A stretch of 56,378 nucleotides of DNA. It comes from Flavobacterium sp. GTDB lineage: Bacteria > Bacteroidota > Bacteroidia > Flavobacteriales > Flavobacteriaceae. The DNA is taken from the NCBI RefSeq assembly GCF_029242675.1, contig NZ_JAQWTM010000131.1, positions 1-56,378 of the forward strand. The letters are read 5' to 3'. A model generated the notes under the pieces. It saw nothing but the letters and a program-made list of their open reading frames with translations, was not told where the DNA came from and did no database searches. The position numbers were made by a program, and so were the translations under genes. Below, one piece after another: positions 36,275 through 49,200 of the stretch. How positions within the stretch are numbered: the stretch's first letter is position 1; every line of letters begins with the position of its first letter.

Positions 36275-37080
36275 TGTGCAAGCACTGCTACATATTATTT
36301 CTCCTCTTCTTTTTGGGCTTAAACGCTCAGGACAAAAAAATAAAGACGGTCTATTTTGAATTTGACAAATATTCATTAGATGCTGATCAAGAAAAATTAA
36401 TATGGGATTTTGTGATACAATCAGACACTACTCGTATCGAATCCCTACAAATTTATGGCTATTGCGATGATCGTGGAGACAATGATTACAACTACAAATT
36501 ATCTGAAAACAGAGTTAATACCGTCAAACAGATACTGACGGCAAATGGTTTTAATAAAAACAAAATAGTGATTATTGAAGGTAAAGGAAGGGTGCTTTTA
36601 ACAAATAATCCATTTGAAAATCTAACCGAGATTCGCTCAAAAAACAGGCGTGTAGATATTTTAATTGTCCGAAAAAACAGTTTTGGAAAAGGAATTTACA
36701 CCTCCTTTCAAGACAAACATGAAGTGGGAGATCGCATCTTTCTTGAAAACATTCTTTTTAATTTAGGAAGCAGTCAACTAACTCCAGCCTCCCAACAAGA
36801 GCTAGACAAGATTGTTAAATTGTTAGAAAAAAACAAAACCATTGAATTCGAAATTATTGGTCATGTTTGCTGTACCCCCACTTATTATCGAGATGCTATT
36901 GATCGTGCAACTAATGAACGGAAACTGTCTGTCAACAGAGCTAAAACCGTGTTTAGATACTTGATTAATAAGCAAATTAATAGTTTACGAATGTCTTATA
37001 AAGGTGTAGGTAATCGATTCCCACTTGGCAAAGGAGAAGATTTTGACCGCAGAGTAGAGTTTTTAATAACTAAAAAATAA
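36274..37080 (+). CDS. Tandem OmpA-C-like domain protein
   Basis: YFEFDK...GYCDDRG...YN..LS..R...NRRV, then a second domain F..GS...GH...LS..RA...DRRVE. Confidence 0.9.
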   Translation: MCKHCYILFLLFFLGLNAQDKKIKTVYFEFDKYSLDADQEKLIWDFVIQSDTTRIESLQIYGYCDDRGDNDYNYKLSENRVNTVKQILTANGFNKNKIVIIEGKGRVLLTNNPFENLTEIRSKNRRVDILIVRKNSFGKGIYTSFQDKHEVGDRIFLENILFNLGSSQLTPASQQELDKIVKLLEKNKTIEFEIIGHVCCTPTYYRDAIDRATNERKLSVNRAKTVFRYLINKQINSLRMSYKGVGNRFPLGKGEDFDRRVEFLITKK

Positions 37081-37081
37081 C

Positions 37082-37528
37082 TTACTCCTTAGTCATCTCA
37101 ATGTGCGGAATATCATCTTCAAGGTACATTTCACTCGTTTGCACAAAACCATGACTTTCATAAAATTTTTTCAAGTACAATTGAGCTCCAATAGTGATAG
37201 CAGTTTCGTTGTAATGTGCCGCTACTGCGGCAATCGCCTCACGCATTAAATCGTGTCCCCATTTTTTAGAACGGTAATTTGCGTCAACCACTACCCGGCC
37301 TATGGATGCATTATCAAAACTAATTCCGGGTTTAAAAAGGCGTGCATGTGCCACTGTTTTACCCTCGAACTCTCCTATTAGGTGTAAGGCTACTTTATCC
37401 TTACCGTCTAAATCAAGATAAACGCAGTTTTGTTCGACTACAAAGATCTCGCTTCGCAAACGCAACAAATCATATAACTCATGAACAGATAGTGCCTCAA
37501 AAGCCTTTATTTTCCATTGTAAACCCAT
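37082..37528 (-). CDS. elaA: ElaA-like GNAT acetyltransferase
   Basis: LRSEIFVVEQNCVY.DLD, IGRVV, AQ.YL..FY and EDDIPH. Confidence 0.9.
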   Translation of the reverse strand: MGLQWKIKAFEALSVHELYDLLRLRSEIFVVEQNCVYLDLDGKDKVALHLIGEFEGKTVAHARLFKPGISFDNASIGRVVVDANYRSKKWGHDLMREAIAAVAAHYNETAITIGAQLYLKKFYESHGFVQTSEMYLEDDIPHIEMTKE

Positions 37529-37570
37529 CTCAAAATATATTGTTTGATTATCGAGAGCGAATTTAGCTAA

Positions 37571-38551
37571 TTATCCCCTAATTACCGCTACTGACCTGAT
37601 AATTGCTTCTAACTCTAGCATCAAATCACGCTTTTCCTTGGAGGGCGAATAGCAAAAACCTTCCAATACCAACACCCGATCGTTTGCTTTATCAATTATG
37701 GCATAATTTATAAAAGGTCCCGACATAAAATCATCGCGCAGTTCCCATGTTCCTTTGGTCTCATAGGTCAATTTACCATCCAAATTAACTACAAAAAAAT
37801 AGGGCGCATACGCCTCCTCAGTAATCATATCAGTATTGGGTTCTTTTCCATGAATATACAAGCTCCCTATGGAATCTCGCATGGTAATGATATTGGCAAC
37901 AATACTATTTTCGTTGTTTATGACTGAAAGTGGAACTTGGTATATTAAAACGCTGGTGTTGCCACTAATAATTTCTTTTTTAAGCCAAACAAAATTAGCA
38001 TCCTGAACCATTAACTCATAGCTAGAAGGTATTTGAAGCGAAATTTTGAATTTATTCTCAAAAAAATCTTTCTTTAAAAGTGATTTCTTTGCCAATCTTT
38101 GGCTTTCATCGATCTCATTTTGATGAATTGTTTTAATGATCTGGGGGGCTTTTTTCTCTATTAAATCCAAGATAGAATGTACTGATTTTCCTGTGATGTG
38201 AAATACATTTTGTGGTGAAGCATATTCATCCTTTTTAATGCTAAATTGATCGATATCCCCTCTTTTTATAACTATTACATTACGACTATCAGTCATAAAG
38301 CCTTCCATTAATTTGATTGGATATTGATTGATATTAAAAAGCGGTTCCTCTTGTGGCAATCCTAATACTGGGGCAGCAAACTTATTTCTGACACTGTCTC
38401 CAACCTCTCCATTCCATAGTGCATCATCGACTATGATAGCAATATTGTTAATTTTTCCGTTTGCAATTCTAGGTAGAGTATGCTCCTCTTTTTTACAGGA
38501 AAAAAGTAAAAAAAAGCTAGCTATAAGTGTTATAAAAATCTTTTTATTCAT
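37571..38551 (-). CDS. DUF4837-like lipoprotein
   Basis: Lipobox FSC-KK, GLPQEEP.F, RDSIG, GTW...FMSGPF and SP...KR. Confidence 0.8.
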   Translation of the reverse strand: MNKKIFITLIASFFLLFSCKKEEHTLPRIANGKINNIAIIVDDALWNGEVGDSVRNKFAAPVLGLPQEEPLFNINQYPIKLMEGFMTDSRNVIVIKRGDIDQFSIKKDEYASPQNVFHITGKSVHSILDLIEKKAPQIIKTIHQNEIDESQRLAKKSLLKKDFFENKFKISLQIPSSYELMVQDANFVWLKKEIISGNTSVLIYQVPLSVINNENSIVANIITMRDSIGSLYIHGKEPNTDMITEEAYAPYFFVVNLDGKLTYETKGTWELRDDFMSGPFINYAIIDKANDRVLVLEGFCYSPSKEKRDLMLELEAIIRSVAVIRG

Positions 38552-38689
38552 TTTGGTACAGTTAAATAAGCACTAAATTTAAAGAAATAATGACTAAAAT
38601 CGTTCATTTATCAAGATAGTGTTGCTTGGGCAATTAACCACGAATATCGTTCCACTTTTTATAAATTGATAAAAAACTGTTCTGATTGT

Positions 38690-38730
38690 AAAAAAAATAG
38701 GGTTTGCCCCTTTTGGAACAAACCCTATTT
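38690..38730 (-). terminator. Rho-independent terminator after mltD
   Basis: AAATAGGGTTTG / CAAACCCTATTT 12-bp stem with a T8 run on the minus strand. Confidence 0.85.
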
Positions 38731-38751
38731 AAGTACCTATGATTAGCAATG

Positions 38752-40773
38752 TTATCCGTTGATTTTAAGCTTCATACCTGGTTTAATGCTTTCTCCTTTA
38801 ATATCATTCCATTTTTTAATATCAGATACCGTAATTCCTGGATATTTCTTGGCTATGCTAAAAAGGGAATCTCCTTTTTTAACGTAATAATCAGCTGCTT
38901 CTTTAACCGTTGTTTTAGATGTGTTTTTGACCTTAAAAGCACTTACTGCTACCGCATTGGTGGTTATGGCAATCTCATCTTTGGCAACTATCAATTGGCT
39001 CCCTAAATTAATAGCGGCTGTTGGTAAATCGTTCCACTCCTTCAAACTTTCAACTGACGCACCAAATTTTTTCGCAATATTAGAAAGATTATCTCCTTTT
39101 TGAACGGTATAAAAAATCTCTTTAAGTTCTGGTGATTGTGCTACTTCCATCTTGATGGCTTCTTTTCCTCCGTTTGTGATTTGTAAAGCCAGACCTTGGC
39201 GAAGGTTAGAATCAGTTAGGTTATTCCACTCTTTTATTTGAGCTACTGTAACTTGGTATTTTTCGGCTATGGTGTTAAACGTATCTCCATTTTGCACTAC
39301 ATAAACTCCCGCTTGATTGCCGACCAAACTATCCTTTAGGTTTTCTTTTTTATTCTTTTCTTCTTTTGGTGCTCTATTATTTGCAGCTACAGCGGTTGCC
39401 GTTTGAGCACTAGTCTTTTGAACAACCGTCTCAGTATTAACAATTTTTAGGTTTTGACCGTAGGCTATGGTATTGCTTCGAAGACCGTTCCATTTTTTCA
39501 AGTCTGCTACAGAAACTTCATTTTCAGTGGCAATACTACCTAGATTGTCTCCCTTTTTTACCTTATAATATTTGGTTTTTACTCGGCTTTCACGCTCAAT
39601 GGTATTGCTATTTGTAGTCGTTGCAATAGCGGTGTTGTTTCTAAAAGGAGCTTCTTTTTCGTCTAATTGATATTGAACGTAGGCATACAATTTATCCTCA
39701 TTGGATGTGAATAGTGCTATTTTATCATTTGGCAAACGCAAAAAATGTTTCTCATCACTGTAGGCAGGAACGATGTTAAGCTTATACGATGGATTAAGTA
39801 ATTGTAATTGTGCAACCGGAACATCTAGCAAATCAGAGATTTGTTTAAACGACATTTCTTTTTTGATCATTACTGTATCAGTAGCAAAATGTTGCACAAC
39901 AGCACGATCAGGAATTATTCCGTGTTCTTTACGATACTCATACAAATACATTGTAGCTAAAAAAGCGGGAACATAACCCTGCGTTTCTTTGGGTAGATTG
40001 TTCCTAATACTCCAATAATCTTGCTTTCCACCAGAGCGTCTTATCGCTTTAGATACGTTACCTGGTCCTGAATTGTATGAAGCCAAAACGAGCTCCCAAT
40101 CACCAAAAATACCATACATATTCGACATGTATTTTGCAGCAGCAGCAGTAGCTTTAAGCGGATCACTACGTTCGTCTATGTATGAATCGATTTTTAGATT
40201 GTATTGCTTTCCGGTTTGATACATAAATTGCCAAAGTCCGGTAGCGCCCATTCTAGAAACTGCTTTCGGGTTTAAAGCCGATTCCACAACCGCCAAATAT
40301 TTTATTTCTAGAGGAACATTCTGCTTAGCGAACTCTTCTTCGAAAAGTGGAAAATAATATTCTGAAATAGCCATTAATCGGCCAAATGCTTTTTTTCTGT
40401 TTTTTAAAAAAGACTTAATAACGTTTTCTAAGCTCTGATTGTACTCAATCCTAAAAGGAGATTTCGCGTTCATTGCCTCGAGTCTTGCTTTTAATAAATC
40501 TGTAGACAATTCATAATCTACTTTTACATCAGTATTGATATTTGTTATATCATTAGTGATGTCATTATACAAGTCTAAATCAGTCAATTCCTTCATCCAG
40601 AGGCTATCAACGCAGGAAGCCATGGCGTCTTTAACAAAACTTTTTTTGATAGAATCAAGATAGGATTGGCTTTTTTCTTTAATAAAAATTCCTTTGCTCT
40701 CGCTATTCTGTTGCGAAAACAAAGGAATTGTTATAAATAATAGTGCAGTTACGATGGTATTTTTTACGCTCAT
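38752..40773 (-). CDS. mltD: MltD-like lytic transglycosylase with four LysM domains
   Basis: VESALNP, GATGLWQFM, YNSG and LPKET..YVP, plus four KGD/NGD.L..IA LysM repeats. Start is ATG 40773 or TTG 40785. Confidence 0.92.
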   Translation of the reverse strand: MSVKNTIVTALLFITIPLFSQQNSESKGIFIKEKSQSYLDSIKKSFVKDAMASCVDSLWMKELTDLDLYNDITNDITNINTDVKVDYELSTDLLKARLEAMNAKSPFRIEYNQSLENVIKSFLKNRKKAFGRLMAISEYYFPLFEEEFAKQNVPLEIKYLAVVESALNPKAVSRMGATGLWQFMYQTGKQYNLKIDSYIDERSDPLKATAAAAKYMSNMYGIFGDWELVLASYNSGPGNVSKAIRRSGGKQDYWSIRNNLPKETQGYVPAFLATMYLYEYRKEHGIIPDRAVVQHFATDTVMIKKEMSFKQISDLLDVPVAQLQLLNPSYKLNIVPAYSDEKHFLRLPNDKIALFTSNEDKLYAYVQYQLDEKEAPFRNNTAIATTTNSNTIERESRVKTKYYKVKKGDNLGSIATENEVSVADLKKWNGLRSNTIAYGQNLKIVNTETVVQKTSAQTATAVAANNRAPKEEKNKKENLKDSLVGNQAGVYVVQNGDTFNTIAEKYQVTVAQIKEWNNLTDSNLRQGLALQITNGGKEAIKMEVAQSPELKEIFYTVQKGDNLSNIAKKFGASVESLKEWNDLPTAAINLGSQLIVAKDEIAITTNAVAVSAFKVKNTSKTTVKEAADYYVKKGDSLFSIAKKYPGITVSDIKKWNDIKGESIKPGMKLKING

Positions 40774-40822
40774 TTTCACAGTCAACTTACTTAATTATAA
40801 ATGATTAAAACATCATTTTTTA

Positions 40823-40830
40823 CAAACTTA
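40823..40830 (-). promoter_or_regulatory. Bacteroidota -7 element for mltD
   Basis: TAAGTTTG on the minus strand. Confidence 0.5.
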
Positions 40831-40878
40831 ATAGGTTACAACTGAAAAAATCAATAAATATTGTTAAAAACGCAATAT

Positions 40879-42066
40879 TTAATCTAAAATTGCAGCAATA
40901 CCGGGTAAAGTTTTACCTTCTAACATTTCTAACATCGCGCCACCTCCAGTAGAAACATAACTCATTTTATCTTCAAGATTAAATTGTTTTACGGCAGCAA
41001 CTGAATCACCTCCGCCTACAAGAGAAAAAGCCCCTTGCTCAGTAGATGCCGCTATAAAGTTCCCTAAAGCAATAGTACCCTTAGCGAAAGATTCCATTTC
41101 GAAAACACCAAGTGGACCGTTCCATAAAATGGTTTTAGACTCCATAATTACCTTTTCAAAATTTTCTAATGACTTAGGACCAGCATCAAGACCTTGCCAT
41201 CCATCAGGAATTTCATTTACATCTACGATTTTAGTATTAGCCGTGTTCGAAAAAGCATCTGCTGCAATAACATCCACAGGTATATGAATTTGAACCCCTT
41301 TTTCTTTCGCTAATTTTAAAATCTCTAAAGCCAACTCCATTTTATCATCTTCACAAATAGAATCTCCAATTTTTCCACCTAACGCTTTCACAAAAGTAAA
41401 AGTCATTCCGCCACCAATAATCATGTGGTCTACTTTATCAAGAATGTTCTCAATAACCGTAATTTTAGATGAGACTTTAGAACCTCCAAGAACTGCTGTT
41501 ACTGGTTTTTCGCTATTTTTTAGTACTTTATTTAAACTTTCAATTTCTTTAGCCAATAAGGTTCCAAAACACTTTTCAGTTGGGAAAAATTGCGCAATAA
41601 TTGTTGTTGAGGCATGCGCTCTGTGAGCTGTACCAAAAGCATCATTCACATAAATATCTCCTAATTCCGAAAGTTTTTTTGCGAAAGCAACATCGCCCGC
41701 TTCTTCTTCAGGATAAAAACGTAAATTTTCAAGTAGTAAAACCTCTCCTGCCTTTAAATTGGCTGCCGCTGTTTTCGCTTCTTCTCCAATACAATCAGAA
41801 GCAAACTGAACTGGTACTCCTAAAATTTGCGATGTTGTTGCTACAATTGGTTTAAGGGAATACTTCTCCTCTACTCCTTTAGGTCTCCCTAAATGTGACA
41901 TTAAAATTACGCTACCACCTTGAGCAAGAATGGCATCAATAGTAGGTTTGGCAGCCTCGATACGCGTCGCATCAGTTACCTTTAAGTTTTCGTCAAGCGG
42001 TACATTAAAATCAACACGTATGATTGCTTTTTTATTTTTAAAATCAAAGTCGTTTAAAGTCTTCAT
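40879..42066 (-). CDS. pgk: Phosphoglycerate kinase
   Basis: [41 protein letters not shown] and STGGGA. Confidence 0.99.
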   Translation of the reverse strand: MKTLNDFDFKNKKAIIRVDFNVPLDENLKVTDATRIEAAKPTIDAILAQGGSVILMSHLGRPKGVEEKYSLKPIVATTSQILGVPVQFASDCIGEEAKTAAANLKAGEVLLLENLRFYPEEEAGDVAFAKKLSELGDIYVNDAFGTAHRAHASTTIIAQFFPTEKCFGTLLAKEIESLNKVLKNSEKPVTAVLGGSKVSSKITVIENILDKVDHMIIGGGMTFTFVKALGGKIGDSICEDDKMELALEILKLAKEKGVQIHIPVDVIAADAFSNTANTKIVDVNEIPDGWQGLDAGPKSLENFEKVIMESKTILWNGPLGVFEMESFAKGTIALGNFIAASTEQGAFSLVGGGDSVAAVKQFNLEDKMSYVSTGGGAMLEMLEGKTLPGIAAILD

Positions 42067-42105
42067 CTAATCCTTATTTTAAGTTAGTTTGTTGTAAAAG
42101 AACAA

Positions 42106-42113
42106 CAAATATA
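42106..42113 (-). promoter_or_regulatory. Bacteroidota -7 element for pgk
   Basis: TATATTTG on the minus strand, 40 nt upstream of the ATG. Confidence 0.6.
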
Positions 42114-42273
42114 GAACTTTTAGACTAGTATTAAATTTGCAAAAAGCATTAAAAAAACGGAAAACACAGCGAAATCGATGTAAATAAGATTGTGATATTA
42201 AAATGCTAATTATTTTAAAAAACAATTAGAATAAAATTGACTGTAATGACTAACTTATTTTAAAAATTAAAAT

Positions 42274-43248
42274 TTAATCATGAACAGGACTCTGTGTACA
42301 AGGGCAATCGCTAATTCCTTGCAAGAAATCGAAACCAATTGTAATCATGTGTGTGCCAGAATTGAAAGAAGAAAGTTGATTCATGGTTATTTGATAAGAA
42401 TACCCCAAATAAAAACCAGACTTTTGAAATCCTAACATAGGACCTAAATTAAGAGGCTTTAAGGGTTGATCATTTAAAAAACGATACGATGCTCCAATCC
42501 AAAAATAATCTTCATAACGATTGTATTTACGATACTTAAAATTAATATCCGTACTAGATCTTTTATCACTCACGAAATATTGATAATAAACAGAGGGTTC
42601 GAACTCCTCTCGATTTGATCCTCCATTAAACACCATTCCGGTATATACCTGATAGTTTCGGAGTAAAATAGGTTCTATGCCTGTAAATTTATCGGTGTTT
42701 TTATCTAAGATATTACTTGCATTAAAGGCAGCGTAAAAACCTTTGTTTCTGTATAATGCGCTCACATCAAAATTGTTGTTGGCTACAAATCTATTGTTTG
42801 TTATTGAAGGATCGATAACTGGATTTTGAACATCTGGCCTAAATTCGTTAATATCAATTTTAAAATTATTGTAGTTGTATGAAATACCAAATGACAAATA
42901 TTGTTTTGAATAATAATCTAAAATTAAATGATGCGCAAAAGACACCTTAGCTCCAGTTTGGCTAGTATATCCATTTTTATCATTGTAAAAAGATATCCCA
43001 ACTCCCGAGCGATCCATTAATCGAAAATCAGCATATATAGATTGATTATCAGGAGCATCTTTGATACCCACCCACTGTGTTAAACCATTTGCTCTAATTC
43101 GAAGGTTATCCCCAATACCCGCATAAGCAGGAGATAAGACAAAAGGATTATCTGCAAGATACTGCGTAAATACAGGTAAATTTAACTCCTGACTGTAGCT
43201 TGAAATAGTTACAGTCAGAAGAAAAAATGATATTACTATTTTTTTCAT
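42274..43248 (-). CDS. sprF: PorP/SprF-family T9SS beta-barrel
   Basis: FTQY....F..SPAYAG, QWVGI.DAP, ND.NG, GYSY and GTH. It sits between a type-B-CTD giant gene and pgk, the known sprB-sprF-pgk order. Confidence 0.92.
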   Translation of the reverse strand: MKKIVISFFLLTVTISSYSQELNLPVFTQYLADNPFVLSPAYAGIGDNLRIRANGLTQWVGIKDAPDNQSIYADFRLMDRSGVGISFYNDKNGYTSQTGAKVSFAHHLILDYYSKQYLSFGISYNYNNFKIDINEFRPDVQNPVIDPSITNNRFVANNNFDVSALYRNKGFYAAFNASNILDKNTDKFTGIEPILLRNYQVYTGMVFNGGSNREEFEPSVYYQYFVSDKRSSTDINFKYRKYNRYEDYFWIGASYRFLNDQPLKPLNLGPMLGFQKSGFYLGYSYQITMNQLSSFNSGTHMITIGFDFLQGISDCPCTQSPVHD

Positions 43249-43288
43249 AATTAGCTATTTTATAGACAACGTTATTTTATAAATTTTG

Positions 43289-46200
43289 TTACCTATACAA
43301 TGTAAAGTGACCAACAAATTCCCGATCATCTTTATTGTTATTTAATTTTAATACATACCAGTAATCTCCTGATGGAAGCTCTGCTCCTTTGTATTTTCCA
43401 TCCCACTTATCGCCTAACCTTAATCTTGCAATCTCTCGACCATATCGATCGAAAATAGCAAAAGTCAAATTAGGATAGTTAATAGTACAACCTGGAGCCC
43501 ATGTATCCATAACAGTATCATCGTTAGGAGTAAAATAATTAGGTATGCAAATGTCTATATATGTGAAATCACGGTTTACGGTTGCTGTACAACCATTTTT
43601 ATCTCTTACAATTACGGTATAATTACCTGACTTATAAAACACAAATGTATCTTGATTTGAAAAACTTTCTCCATCAAAACTATATTCGTATCCACCTGCG
43701 CCTCCCGCCGCACTTGCTTTAATTTGATTCAAATCACCATCTGCAATAACCAAAGATAACGGTGCGACTGCATCTACAGTAAAAGGAATTGTCGATTGAG
43801 TACAGCCATTTGTATGTCTCACATTTATAAAATGTGATCCAGGAGCTAAGTCATTGAAAACATTACTTGCTTGATAATTTCCTGATCCATCTAAATCAAA
43901 ATCTAGATCAACTGGATCATTACTGTTATCATAGGTAACTATTACTCTATTCGCCTGCTTATTATCAACACAATCATAGATCAAATCAGCAACAGGAGTA
44001 ATTAGTACTGCATCAGGTAGTATAACCTCAATTTCCGAATTACATCCTGCAGCATCTACAAAATAAACAGTATGCTTACCTCCTGAGATATCAATAAAAT
44101 CAAATTCCGATTGGCCTATTGTCCCTTGCGTATATGTTCCTGTTCTATTGTCTAAACTTACTTTGTAAGGAGCGGTACCACCTTGAATTTCAATACTAAA
44201 CGAACCATCTTTGTCTCCGCTACAAATTTCTGGAATTATAGAATTTGCAACTAGGTTAGCACGTAATATAGGTGGCTCATTTATCCTAAAGTTATACGTT
44301 TCATAGCATCCGGCTTCATCTTGAATTACAATTTGGTAATTACCTGCCGCTAATTTATCAAAAACTCCAGTAGTAAAGAATTGATTTGAATCAGGAGAAA
44401 TAGAATAAATTATTTGGCCTGTACCTCCAGTCGCTACTATCTCAATCCTTCCATCGTTTCCTCCAAAACAAGACACATTCGTTATTGTGGGAGTAAAAGA
44501 AATTGGGGCTACAGGTTGTTTCACTTCCTCAACAGCTGAACTAACTGAACAGTCTGAACCACTTTGAACACGAACTTGATAGAAACCAGCGCGTAAACCA
44601 TCAAAACGTCCTGGAACACTTTGCGTAGGTGCTGGAATAATTGCAAGACCTGAACCATTGTATAAAGTATAAACATAATTCCCTAAACCTCCTGTCGCTT
44701 TTGCTACTATGACACCTTTATCATCATTAAAACAGTTTACTTTAGCATTACTTAGGTCAAGAGCTACTGTTAAAACAGGTACGGCTTCAACTTCAATATC
44801 ATTTGAAAGGAAAGCGACACAGTCGTTAGAATCCTTAACATAGTAACTGTAGGTGCCTGGTCCAACATTTAGTGTTGTCGAGCCACCAGAAGTGAACGGG
44901 ATAAAATTAATATTATCAGCGCTATATCGGTAAGGAGCAGTTCCTCCTGAAGCAGTAAGAGTGATTTGCGCAGAACTTAAACATGTTGGAGTTCTTGAAA
45001 GCACTAAATCGGCCTTTACTTCTGTAGGCTCGTTAATAACTACAGAAGCAGACTCTGTACTACAATTGTAACCATCAGTAACCGTTATAGAGTAGCTTCC
45101 TGCACCCAAATTAGCAAATAGTGGAGATTGTTGCGGTCCTGAAGAAACTACAGGGTTCAGTGACAAATAATTTAAAGTATAAGTATAGTTACTTCCTTGT
45201 CCACCATTTACCATTGTCGCTTCCACTGTTCCGGTTTCATCTCCTAAACACAACAATAATTGCGTAGCTGGGGTAACAGTAAGTGAAATTGGAGTTGGTA
45301 CTACTAAGTCAACAATAACTGAATCAACGCAGCCTTTACTGTCTTTAACGTTAATCGTATAGCTTCCTGCCACTAAATCATTGTAATCTGTTTTATCACT
45401 GTATGGGCTAAACAAGAACCCATCTTTTAGTACCTCGTATTGATACTCTCCAGGCCATCCACCCGTTGCTGTAACTACTATTGATCCATCATTATTACCT
45501 GCAATACAAGTAATAGCGGTATGGGTCTCCGTAATTTCAAGCGCTTGAACTGGCTGATTTATAGAAAATATAGTTGATACAGTACAGAACGGAGTATTAT
45601 CTAAACGAGCCGTTATTGTATACTCACCAGCTGTCAAACCTGTAAGATTTAAAGGCCCTGCAACGGCAGAAGTTCCTGAACTAGGTGTTGGACCTGATAC
45701 AGTATATGTAAATGCACCAGCATCGTTCATAGGGTTAGTTTGTGTATCAATAAGTGTAATCGTGGCCGCACCTTCATTTGAACCAAAGCAAACAACATCT
45801 GCTGTTTTAACTGCTTGAAGAATAAAGGTATTTGGCTCGTTGATATAATGAACTGTTTGTACACTACAATTAGTTGCCGTAGTAAGGGCTGTGATAATGT
45901 AATTACCAATATTCAAATTAGTAAACACACCAGTAGAATTGACTACTGATATCGTCCCTAAATCATCAACTAATGTATACTGAATACCTGTAATTGGATT
46001 TCCTGCTGCGTCAACAGCAGTAGCAGTAATATCTTCTAAATTATTACAAGTAATCGGTCTATCTACGATTACAGAAATTTTATCCAAGGCAGTATATGCC
46101 GCTATTGAAATCGAATTCGTAGTTGAACCCACACAATTGTTAGTATCGTAGACATTTACGGTATACAAACCTCCTGCATAATTTGACTCGATATAAACGG

Positions 46201-49200
46201 TTTCAGGACCTCTTTGAACTACTGTTGACCCTTTAATAAATTCATAAATAACATAAGTTCCTGAACCACCTGCTACATTCGAAACCGAAATTGAAGCATA
46301 GTTGGAAGCATTCGTTCCTGCCACGCAAGCAAATTGTGTGACAACTGGTGCAGGTACTGTTATGATTACAGGCTCTACAACATCGATTGTTGCAGTAGCA
46401 GTACATCCTCTAGCTGAAGTAACTGTTACAGTATACGTACCTGCTTGAAGATCATCGAATACGTTACTTGGCGACGCAACAACAGTAACGGTCGCTCCTC
46501 CTACGGTAGTTCCGTTCAGAGCGTAAGTGTATACCGGATTATCGTTGATACCTGCAGAAGGAGTTGCAATAGTAGCAGTGATAGAACCATTGTTACCGCC
46601 AAAACAACTTACTGGAGTAGTAGCAAGTGATAAGCCTGTTACTATAGTAGCTGATTCTAGATTTACTGTAAGTTGATCTGTACAACCTGTTACAACATCA
46701 CGAACAAGAACAGTGTGAAGCCCTGGCGCTAATCCTGTAAAGGAGTAACTATCTGCCGTAAATTGCGTTCCACCATCTATTGAAAACTGATAGTTACCTG
46801 ATCCCGATCCGCCACTAACAGTAGCATCAACAACACCATCATTAACATTACAACTTGGTAACGTGGTAACTATAGCGCTTAAATCGAGTGGTGCAAGAAT
46901 ACTTACTAATGCTGGTATGATAACCTCGCATTCGTTAGCATCTTTAACAGTAACATTATAGACACCCGTATTAGTTACTGTGAAACTAGGACTAGTTTGG
47001 AAACCTGCTCCAATACTGTATTGGTATGGCCCTACTCCTGATGCTACGTTAACAGTAAAAGTGTAATCGTTCGTCGCAGACGGACATTGGCTTAAGCCAG
47101 AAATTGTAATTCCTGACGGAAGTGGATCCGTAGCAATAACTACTGGCAATATCGTTACACAGTTGTTATTGTCTTTTACATAGACGTTCCAGTTTGCTAT
47201 TGTTTTATCTAAACTTGCAGTTGTAGCATCTGTGTAATCTGTACTTACTGGCGTTACAGTACTTGGTACAAATGCATATAAATAAGGCGGTGTACCACCA
47301 TTTGCTGCAACCGTTACCCTCGCATCAGTAGTACATGTTGCATTAACATTTAATACTTCGGTCAGGTTTAATGCGGTAGGCTCATTGACAATTACAGTAG
47401 CCTCTGAGAAACAATTAGTCACATTATCTGTTACTCTTAACGTATAAGTTCCTGCTAATAATCCTGTGACTGTTACGGTATCTCCACTTTGACTTAGTGT
47501 TCCTGAACTTGGTGATAATGCTACTGAATACGTACCGCTATAATTAGCTACTTTAAATTCAATCTCACCATTAGCATCACCCACACAAGCAACGTTTTTA
47601 ATAACTTGACCTGTAACTGTGATATTAACTACATCATCCACCGTGTAGTATTGCTCATCTGTACATCCGTTAGCATCCGTAACCTGGAATAAATAAGTTC
47701 CTGCTGCTAGCATATTAAATACTCCTGAACTAGCTCCCGAAGTATTTGTAGTAGCCGATGCTGGCTCTAAAATGGCAAAACTAAGCGTTCCTACTCCGTT
47801 AGAGGTAGCAACCGTAACCGTACTAGTTTGACTAGCAATTGGTAAACAATAAATAGGTGTTCCTGTGATTCCTGTTATAACTGGGGGATCAAGAGCATCG
47901 ACATCCACTGAAACTGGCGCAGCAATATTACAACCATTAGCATCTCTTACGTAAGCAGTGACTGTGCCTGCTGTAGAGGTGGTAAAGGTGTTGTCATCTT
48001 GGTAATTTGCACCACCATCAAAACTATATTGATAAGGCGCTGTTCCTGTCCCAGTAGTAACCGTAACTGTTACTACCGCTGCTTGTGTTGCATTCCCTGC
48101 ACCACATGATAATGCAGTTGTTACAGCAATATTTGCCGCGATTGCAGTAGGCTCAGCTATAATTACATCTTGGGTTGCTGGGAAGCATCCTTTTGCATCT
48201 TTTACTTCAATTGTATACGTACCCGCTACTAAATTAGGGAATACATTTGATGACTGTGGCGTACCTCCATTTATGGCATAACTGTAAGGCGCAATTCCGT
48301 TAGCTGCTGTAACTGTTATTACACCGTTATTACCGCCTATGCAAGTAACATCAGTCTTGGTTGTGCTAAATGTAGGACTCGTTTTTGCCGTCACAATCAC
48401 TGCTTGCGATAAAGCTTGACAGCCCTGCGAATCCGTTACTCTAAATTGATAGGTACCATCAACGGTAACTACATATGGTGACACTGGTGCCGTTATAGCG
48501 GTAAAAGTAGTTCCATCTGTTGTAACCTCATACAAAGTGTAAGGAGCGCTACCTTGACTTGCTGTTAGAGTTATCGATGCATCTACATCACATGTCAAAT
48601 CTTGTGTAAGTGTAGCATCTAATAACAATTGTGGTAAAAGTGTATACGTTTCTTGTACAATACAGCCATTAGCGTCTTGCACATACAATTGATAAGTTCC
48701 TGCTGCATTTAGTACAAAATCAGCTGATGGTTGGTAACCATTACCTATACTATACTGCAACGGTCCTACGCCTGAGCCATTAATAGTTATGGTTATTGGT
48801 GCTCCTTGGAAACAAACATTTGGCAAACTTGTAATGGTAGGCAACGGATCAATTAGTAATGTAATAGCATCCTGAGCGATACATCCGTTAGCATCTTTGG
48901 TGTAAGCTATCCAATTAATTCCTAAAAGAGGATCTAATACTACAGTACTTGCAGCGGTATAATCTCCAGCTGCTGGCGCCCCGGCTGAAGCCAAAGCAAA
49001 AGCATAAGTATAACCCGCTGTTCCATTTGAAGCAACAGCGCTAACTACTGCACCTGTATTACAATTGGCATTTTTATCTAAAGTGGCTACAACACTTAAT
49101 GCAATAGCTGGCTCTGATACTGTCACAGTAAAAGTTGCTGTACATAATGAGGTTTCATCAGTTACAACAATTTGCTGCGACCCCACAGCTAATCCTGTCA

